From NCBI RefSeq assembly GCF_009914755.1, contig NC_060927.1: DNA of 64,000 nt. The stretch is one strand, 5' to 3'. Within the stretch, counting starts at the first letter, position 1, and each line of letters begins with the position of its first letter. Positions 56,430 to 64,000 of the stretch are shown piece after piece. This DNA comes from the human T2T-CHM13v2.0 reference genome, Homo sapiens. Under the pieces are notes generated by a model. That model saw nothing but the letters and a program-made list of their open reading frames with translations. It was not told the origin of the DNA and did no database searches. A program made the translations under genes and the position numbers.

Positions 56430-56530
56430 GCTTCAGGAGGTCGAGGCTATAGCTTGCGATGATTGCACCTATGAATAGCCACTGGACTCCAGCCTGGGCC
56501 ATACAGCAAAACCTCATCTTTAAAAAACAG
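56430..56530 (+). mobile_element. Alu right-arm 3' fragment
   Basis: caggaggtcgaggct...ccactggactccagcctgggc...aaaa. Confidence 0.75.
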
Positions 56531-57199
56531 AACAAAGCAGGGCTTAATTTGTGGCCATTTGCATTTCAAACCTTTTAATAATGATTACATATATATATGA
56601 TGTATATATTCAAAATTTATATTGAATAAACTGAGTCACAGGCTTTTTTTTAATTGAGCAAAACTAAAAGTCCAGTCTCATGTTCATTGGCAGATATTTT
56701 CCCCTTAAATCCTCTTTATATCTAGGATCTATAATTATTCCTGTGTTAATTATGTTTAAGATTAGTTTATATGAGGTCAGTGATGTTAAAAAAAAAAAAA
56801 GCCTAGAACAAAGCCAAAAAATAAATTCACCAAATGTTAAATTATTACTGGAAGATGGTATTATGAAAGAGATTCATTTCCTGCTTTACACTGTTTTTCA
56901 CTTCTAAATTTAGTAAAATGCATATGTATTATTTTTCATATTCAAGGAAGAAATGTGTATATACTATTTAATTGTAGTTAAGCTTATAAAACATAAATGC
57001 AATAAAAATTTGGAAGGAAATGCATGAAATTCTTGGTATTGAAGCTAATCAGGCATTCTTTCTTTTTTATTTTTCTGTATTTCCCAATTTTCCATAATGA
57101 GTTTAAATTACCTTCATTCTCTCTCTCTGAAATATATATAATTTTTAGATTTTAGCCTTTTTATAAGTTACAAAAACTGCCACCCCTCTAAATAAGGCT

Positions 57200-57553
57200 G
57201 TTTCCTTAGTTACTGTTGAGTATTTTTAAAGAAGATTCCTTCTATTGCTTATTATAAAGACCTTTTTAAAAAACACAAATGTTTACTGAGTTATATGTAA
57301 AATTTGGTATTTACTGAGATGGTCATGTGTTTTATTTTTATTTACAGATCTGCTGAATTATATTGATTCCCTAAAAGGGAACCACCCTTAGCATAAATGC
57401 TACATGAGATTGATATATTTTTCTTTTAGTGTACTTCTATATTCAGTTTACTAATGTTTTATTTAGGATTTTTGCATCTATAAGTGAAAGTAGTATATGT
57501 GTGTGTATATATATGTGTGTGTGTATATATATATGTGTGTGTGTGTATATATA

Positions 57554-57587
<34 letters not shown>

Positions 57588-58830
57588 CTTTTTATACTCA
57601 TCTAGTTTTGGTACCAAGTTTTCCAGAGTTGTAGATGTATTCAGAAATTTTTTGGCTCTTTTATTCTCTGAAGTTGTCAAAAGAATTATTTGTTCCTTTA
57701 AAGCTTGATAACCTTGACTTTAACACCCTCTGAAATAGGCCTCAGAGAGGGGTGGTAAGTGACATGAGATGGTCTTTTTCTCTGCTTCTTTCCACATTAC
57801 TGGTCTATTCAAAATTTTTACTACTTTTTGGAACTATTTTGGTAATTGACTCCTGCCCTCAAAGTATTCATTAAATCTAAAAATAGAACTATGAAAATAC
57901 AATTTTCTACAAAGTAATTTTATAATTTTTAAAGTCTTCCAAATTCATGATCTTGTTTTCATTCTGAATATTATTTGTGTTGGTCTTATTTTTTTTCCTT
58001 GGATACAGTTGCCAAAAGTTTAATTCTCTTATCTTCTTTCCATTTAATTGGCCACCTTTTAGAAAAAAATGTTGTTTTCTGCTTCATTTATTTTTTTGTT
58101 TCTATAACCTAGTTTACTCTTTTTTATTGTTTTCCTATTAAATTACTATATTTATTTGGTATCTTAAAGTTCTACATATTTAACATTTTAAATATATAGT
58201 TTGTTTCATGTATTAGATATTTTTATATCATGTATTTTGTAATAGATACATTTTAGGTATTAATTTTTCTCTCATTCATCTGATTACATCCATTGAGTTT
58301 GGATATCAAATATGCCTATTAACATTATTTCTTTTTAAAAACAGTCTTTTATTTCCAAAAGTCTATAAATTTACTAATTTCTCTTAATATAAAAAATTAT
58401 ACAAAAATTTAGTAAATCAAAATAGAGTTTGAGCCATTATATGGAGAATTGTTTTCATACACATGACTTCTATTTTTTGGAATATTTTTGAAATTGCCTT
58501 TGCAGAACAAAATCAACTGTTATGAATGTTCCATGAGCATATGAAAAGAAGAGAAATTCTTTCTTTGGTAGATACCATAGATATTCATTAATTATAGATA
58601 ATTATTAACATTAACATTATTAATGTATTAACATTAATAACATGTAAATCAATGTATTAACATTCCCTATAATTTTATTTATTTTTTGCCACCACAGCTA
58701 TCAATTTCTGAGACAGATGAAGTTACTTCACTGTGATTTTGGATTTTCAGATTTCCTGTGTTTTTAACGTTTTTCAATGCTATATAATTTAGAACATAAA
58801 AATTTATAACTTTATTGTAATTTTTTAAAG
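57200..58830 (-). mobile_element. Ancient L1M/ME ORF2 remnants
   Basis: T-rich degraded L1 antisense sequence (ttaggatttttgcatcta, tagttttggtaccaag). Confidence 0.55.
57493..57587. repeat. Compound (TA)n/(TG)n microsatellite
   Basis: Seen directly. Confidence 0.95.
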
Positions 58831-61800
58831 AGGACTTTTCCTTTGCATCTTGAACTAGAAGTTTCTGCATTGATATTTAAATGGGAACAAGTGCTCTGTT
58901 TTTTTAAAAAGCATGTTATAAAAGTAGTTTACAATGTAAAAGTAGGGATATGAGAGAAAGTGGAAAGGAAATAAAACCTAAAATGACAACTGGAGAGAGA
59001 GTATATTTCAGCGTATGACCTTTTTAGTGCAAGAAAGAGAGCAAAATAATAGAAGACCCTTTCTAGCAGAGAAAATAATTCCTGCCTAGGAGAGATCCAT
59101 TTTGACCCAACATGATAACACAGATAAGTAAAAAAATCGGACAGGCTCACAGCTCAATGATCTATTATTTACTATGTTGAGTTGGAAAGAACATGTGATT
59201 TCAAGCAAGTTCATTGAGAATTCAAATATCAGCCCTCCCACTTACTGTGTGAATTTGGACAAGTACACAACTTTGATGATCTTTAGGTTTGTTTTATGCT
59301 TTTTTTTCCCTTTCAGTTAGTGGAAAAACTAATGCCTAACAAAGTGAGTATTAAAAAAGAACCAAGACAAAGTTCCTGGCATAATGCCTAGAACATGATG
59401 GAGGTTAAGAGAATATTGCTAATACATGATGTTTTGTTCAGAAGTCCTAACTCAGTGGAGTCTAATCATAACTTTAATTTTTTTCCTGGAAATTTTCATC
59501 TCTCAGTGTTGCTTAGTAACTAAAATGGCTTATTAAATTATCCTGCTTACTGACCACTACCTCCTCCTCTTGTATTTTACTCATTTACCTTCATTGACCT
59601 GATGGCAATTGAAATCTTCACCTTTTTCATCACTGAAAGAAAAAGGGAGGGCCTAGATTTTCTCCTTTTACTCCGAACACTCTTACTAGATAATTTCATA
59701 ATCAACTAAGTGACAAAGCCAGGCAACTTTTATCTCTGTACGTATTTCAAATGTGCCAGCTTTGCTCCATGTCTACTGCTAGCTACCACTTTAGTCTAAG
59801 CCTTACCATGTTTTTACTGATCTACTAAAACAGGCTCCTGAGTAATCTCCTATCAACTTCTGTTGTCTCTTTCTAATAAAATCACACATTACAAGTCAAT
59901 TTCTTCTTTTGAAAACTCAAATGTTCTCATGTCATTTGAAAGTTTAAAATCTTGCTGTTGCTTCATGTGCTCCAGCACCGTAGCTTGCTAATCTCTGCTC
60001 TGTTATAGGAAACAAGAAGAGGGTGAGGGAGACAGAAAAAAAAATAAACACACACACACACGCAGAGAGAGAGAGGCGGGGGGGGGAGAAAGAGGGAGTT
60101 ATTCTTCTTATTCAAGTCGCTACAAATATATATTCTAGGCTTTGAAAAATAATTTAGGCTTTTTTATTTGTTTGTTTCCTAATACTTTTATCACTGCACT
60201 TATAGTCAAGAGCAAAAATTCTAGTGTGGCTTCAAAGGCGCTGGATGAGCTGTCTGACTTCTGCCTACCTTCTAGTTTCCCTTTTTACCTCTCTTCCTTC
60301 CTTTCATCATATACTAACTCTTCTGGACTTTCTTCAGTTCTTCAAAGATGCTGAACTCCTTTCTGTCTGAGATCCTCACACCTTGTCTTTGCTCCTCGAC
60401 CCTATCTTATTAACAACTATTGATTCTTCAGATTTTAGCCCTCGGTCATCCATATCAAGCAGTTTGTTCCCTACCACCACCACCACTACCACCACCACTC
60501 TGTATAATTTTATCAGGTTTCACTGTTAAATGGTTTGATATCACTTTATTATTGTCCTTTTTGTGGTGAAATAATTTTACATTAAAAATATATATGAAGT
60601 ATAAAATAGTATTACAAATCATTATATACCCCCAATCCAGTTTAAGAAATACAGCTGTACTAATACCATTTAGTAAGGCACGGTGGTCAACTGGATATTG
60701 TATTTTCTAGCCTCTTGTGCAGCTGGTTGTAGTCATGTGATTACATACAGTTTTACAGCAGTTGTACATTTCTCTAAACAATATATCATTTAGTTTTACA
60801 TGTCTGTGAATATTGTTAAAATGTTGCCATGTTTTCTGTGATCTTTCATTTTTTGCTTTTGTACTCAATATTATGTTTTTGAGATATTTCTGTTAATAGG
60901 AAGACACTGTTTCATTCATTTCCCATTTATTTCCTATGTAAGTTCAGTTTAATGGAATTATGATATTCTAGGTCATTACTATGCCTGTATGCATTGTTTT
61001 ATATGTGGACATTTGGCTTATTTCTAGTTATACATACACAGACACCCATATGTTATGTATATATGTACGTACTGATGTGTTTGTGGTTTATGTAGATATG
61101 CAGATTAGAAATATTGCTGTCAGGAATATTACAGTAAAGTAGAATGATTTTCAACCCAATCTTGCATGAGGGTTCAATTGTGACTAAATATTTTCACAGA
61201 AAACTTTTTTTCTTCCATTTAGAGTCAAGACTAACACAGATTATTCTTTGACACTTCCCTTTGAGGGGACCTTTTCTAAGATGATAAAATTGCAATTATT
61301 TGATTTGGAAAATCTGTTATTAATTAGATATCTCACTGAGAAGGGAATTGGCTTATTGACTGTTGTAAATATCTAAACCGGTTCATTTTGTAGTTAGCAT
61401 TGTAATTCCACTTGACATTTTGAAGCCAATTGATATGGTATAAGCAGCCTGTTGGCCATACCTACGAAATTTCTGTAGAGATTGTCTGAAAACTCTGGCT
61501 GTTTTCAAGTTTAAATATATTTAAAATTACTCCTTGCTGGAGTAGTAATTACATTTTCAAATGTAGTTTACAAAGATTCTATGTAAGTCAAAAAATTTAA
61601 CACACGAAGATATGATCTTAACTTTTCGCAGTAACAATGAAATGTGCTTTGTTCAGCCACAAGTTTTTAAAAAGTGTCCTTTTTGATATTATTCTGAGTG
61701 TTTTAAAATCTACTTTTAGTGATTCAAGTCTATAATAATGTAGCAAATTTTATTTTCAATATTCTTTCAAGTATGTAGCAAAGGTGAATGCTTTTTTTAA

Positions 61801-62049
61801 AAGTAACATTCAGTTAGACTTTTGCGGTGAATTAAACACCCCATTTGCTGGTCATTAAAGCATCCCAGAGTGGTGTGGGAATTTTGGAGGTGGGGGTAAT
61901 TAAAGTCCGTGAAAGACTTGGAGTGAAGTCTCAGATGGACAGGAATTATAATACCTGTTACTCTATGTGAAAGTCGATAAAAAGCAGCAGTCCCGAACAC
62001 TGATTGAAGTCACTAAGAGACTTGGTTCTGTGTGTGGAAAGAAGAGGGA

Positions 62050-62250
62050 CTCAAGACCTATCTGACTTCACATAACGACTCTACTCCTGTTACTAGATGT
62101 GTGACCATCTAATGTGTTATTAGACCTTCAGTTTTCTCGTCTGTAAATGGAGAATAATAATACTTATTTCATAGGATATTTATGAGGATCAATTTTAATA
62201 ATAAATTTGGAAGATCTAGAACAGAGCCTGGCGCACAGTAGGCATCAGCA
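62050..62250 (+). mobile_element. MIR
   Basis: cttcagttttctcgtctgtaaatggagaataataatac...cctggcgcacagtaggc. Confidence 0.75.
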
Positions 62251-62417
62251 ACAGTCATATGGCTTCCATGACATAGCAACTAAACCAAATTATTTTTATG
62301 AAGGGGAGATATCAAAGAGCTTTTATAATAGTAGAGAGATTTTATGATGAAGCTTAAATAAACAGATTTTAATGTTTTTGTATTTTGCAATAATTGTGAC
62401 ATAGATTCAATTTATTT

Positions 62418-62558
62418 TTTTTATTTTTTTTTTAATTTTTTTTTTTTTTATTATACTCTAAGTTTTAGGGTACATGTGCACATTGTGCAGGTTAGTTACA
62501 TATGTATACATGTGCCATGCTGGTGCGCTGCACCCACTAACGTGTCATCTAGCATTAG
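62418..62558 (-). mobile_element. L1HS pre-Ta (ACG/G) 3'-terminal insertion, 141 bp
   Basis: Reverse complement reads ctaatgctagatgacACGttagtgggtgcagcgcaccagcatgg...aacttaGagtataat plus A tail; perfect TSD gattcaatttattt (62404-62417 / 62559-62572). Confidence 0.93.
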
Positions 62559-62869
62559 GATTCAATTTATTTAGGATGAAATTGTATGCTGACCATTTGA
62601 TCAAATAATGACTAAATATTTCTTAATGTAACATAACCACTTTATTTATTTTTCTTGAACAGTAGCCTTTTAGAAAGAAAATAATATAGCTAGATCCTTA
62701 CTTTTTGTTACTAAAATATAGTGCAATTGGATTAAAAATTTAAATGTTAAAACTTTTTAAAGTAAGGGCAAAGTATATTGGAAGAAACTTGCATATATTT
62801 TTGTGTGACAACAGTTTGGCTATGCAGGGCATAATGTCTAGACACCAGAAATAGAAGGATATGTCTGAC

Positions 62870-63559
62870 TAAAACCAGTGGCAAATCCATACAGGTCTGC
62901 AGCAAACTCAGTGCTTGCCTTCTTGGAGGAAATAATTCAGCCAAGGGGCAGAAGTAGGTTTAAGGCAGAGGGAGAGACCAAGGCAAGTTTTAAAATTGAG
63001 AGTTTATTAAAATGTTTTAGAGCAGGAATGAAAGGAAGCAATGTACACTTGGAAGTGGGCCAAGCATGTGACTTGAGAGATCCAAGTTCCCTGTTCGGCC
63101 CTTGACTTGGTGTTTTACACATTGGAATGGTTCTAGGGTTTCCAGTTCTCTTTTCTTGATTCTTCTTTTGAGGTGGGCTGTCCACGTGCACAGTGGCCTG
63201 ACAGCACTAGGGAGGGGCTGCATGCACAGTGTGTTTACTGAAGCTGTGCACATGTTCACTTGAGGTGCTTTCCCTTACCAGTAGTGCATTGCCAGAGGAA
63301 GGTTATATACTGGTTAAACTCCACCATTTTGCCTCTTAGTGTGCATGCTTGAGCCCACTCCTTCAACGCCTAAGATCACCAGCTCAGGTGTTTTCTATCT
63401 ATCAGGAGACTATCTTTCACTAGCGCTGGCTGTGGCCAATTATCATTTCAGAGAGACAGTTTAGCAACCACCAGACCATCAACTAATGTTTGCTTGACAT
63501 TTCTGGGGAGGTGGTCCTCTCCTGCACTGTTCATGTCTGACTAACTACCTACTCTAACA
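62870..63559 (-). mobile_element. MER50-like ERV1 solo LTR
   Basis: ggtctgcagcaa...gagagaccaaggcaagtttt...ctaactacctactctaaca; 4-bp TSD tgac (62866-62869 / 63560-63563). Confidence 0.85.
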
Positions 63560-63569
63560 TGACAACAGA

Positions 63570-64000
63570 TACTTTAAAATTTGTAAACTGCATAAACAAA
63601 TTCCAAAGTCAAGCAACAAATTGGGAACATTTTTGGTGGCACATATGATGAGAAAATGGCCATTACTTTCGTATACAAAGAGCTATTGCAAATAAATTTA
63701 AAAACACTACTTTGATTCTAAAATTGACAAAAATGAATAGACCAGAAAAATCAATACAAATGAACAATAAATATTTAAAGCATGCTCATCCACACTCATG
63801 ATTTTTATAATATAAATTAATATGGCATTTTTCAATTATCCAAATATTGGCCAATATTCATTTGATAGTTTATAGTTTTGGCATGTGTGTGGTGAAGCAG
63901 GCACATCTATTCACTTGCTGGTACTGTAAATTGCTAGAATGAAATTTGGAATATGTATACCAAAATTTACAATGTACATACCACTGCCAGTAATTTATTT
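63570..64000 (+). mobile_element. Ancient L1ME ORF2 3' remnant
   Basis: caaattggga...atacaaagagcta...catgctcatccacactc...gctggtactgtaaattg. Confidence 0.6.

Noticed and set aside
58600-58665. Short (attaac/attaat)n tandem repeats
   Set aside because: Slippage-type low complexity without unique spacers; not CRISPR-like.

Overview
This is AT-rich primate genomic DNA, almost certainly human because it carries a human-specific pre-Ta L1HS copy. The only protein-coding sequence I can support is one 132-bp internal exon (3300-3431, + strand) encoding the PAC/C-terminal PAS segment of the EAG-family K+ channel KCNH8 (ELK1/Kv12.1). Everything else is intron, and I found no downstream exon in the following ~60.5 kb. 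The intron is dense with transposon relics: L1PA, L1PB, L1MA, L1ME and HAL1-like LINEs, about 11 Alus, MaLR/ERV solo LTRs, MER DNA transposons, MIR and L2. Nearly all ORFs in the supplied track are L1, Alu or microsatellite artefacts. I found no evidence of a new multi-gene biological system. The most notable observations are: a 141-bp pre-Ta L1HS insertion with a perfect 14-bp TSD (candidate polymorphism); a four-level nested insertion L1PA>THE1>L1PB>AluY with recoverable TSDs; a 3'UTR-only retrocopy (recalled as CBX1-like); a short L1 3' transduction; three fold-back or templated-insertion scars inside L1s; and a perfect (GT)11(AC)11 palindrome next to an L1 deletion. Repeat subfamily names come from recalled consensus sequences, not from a database search.
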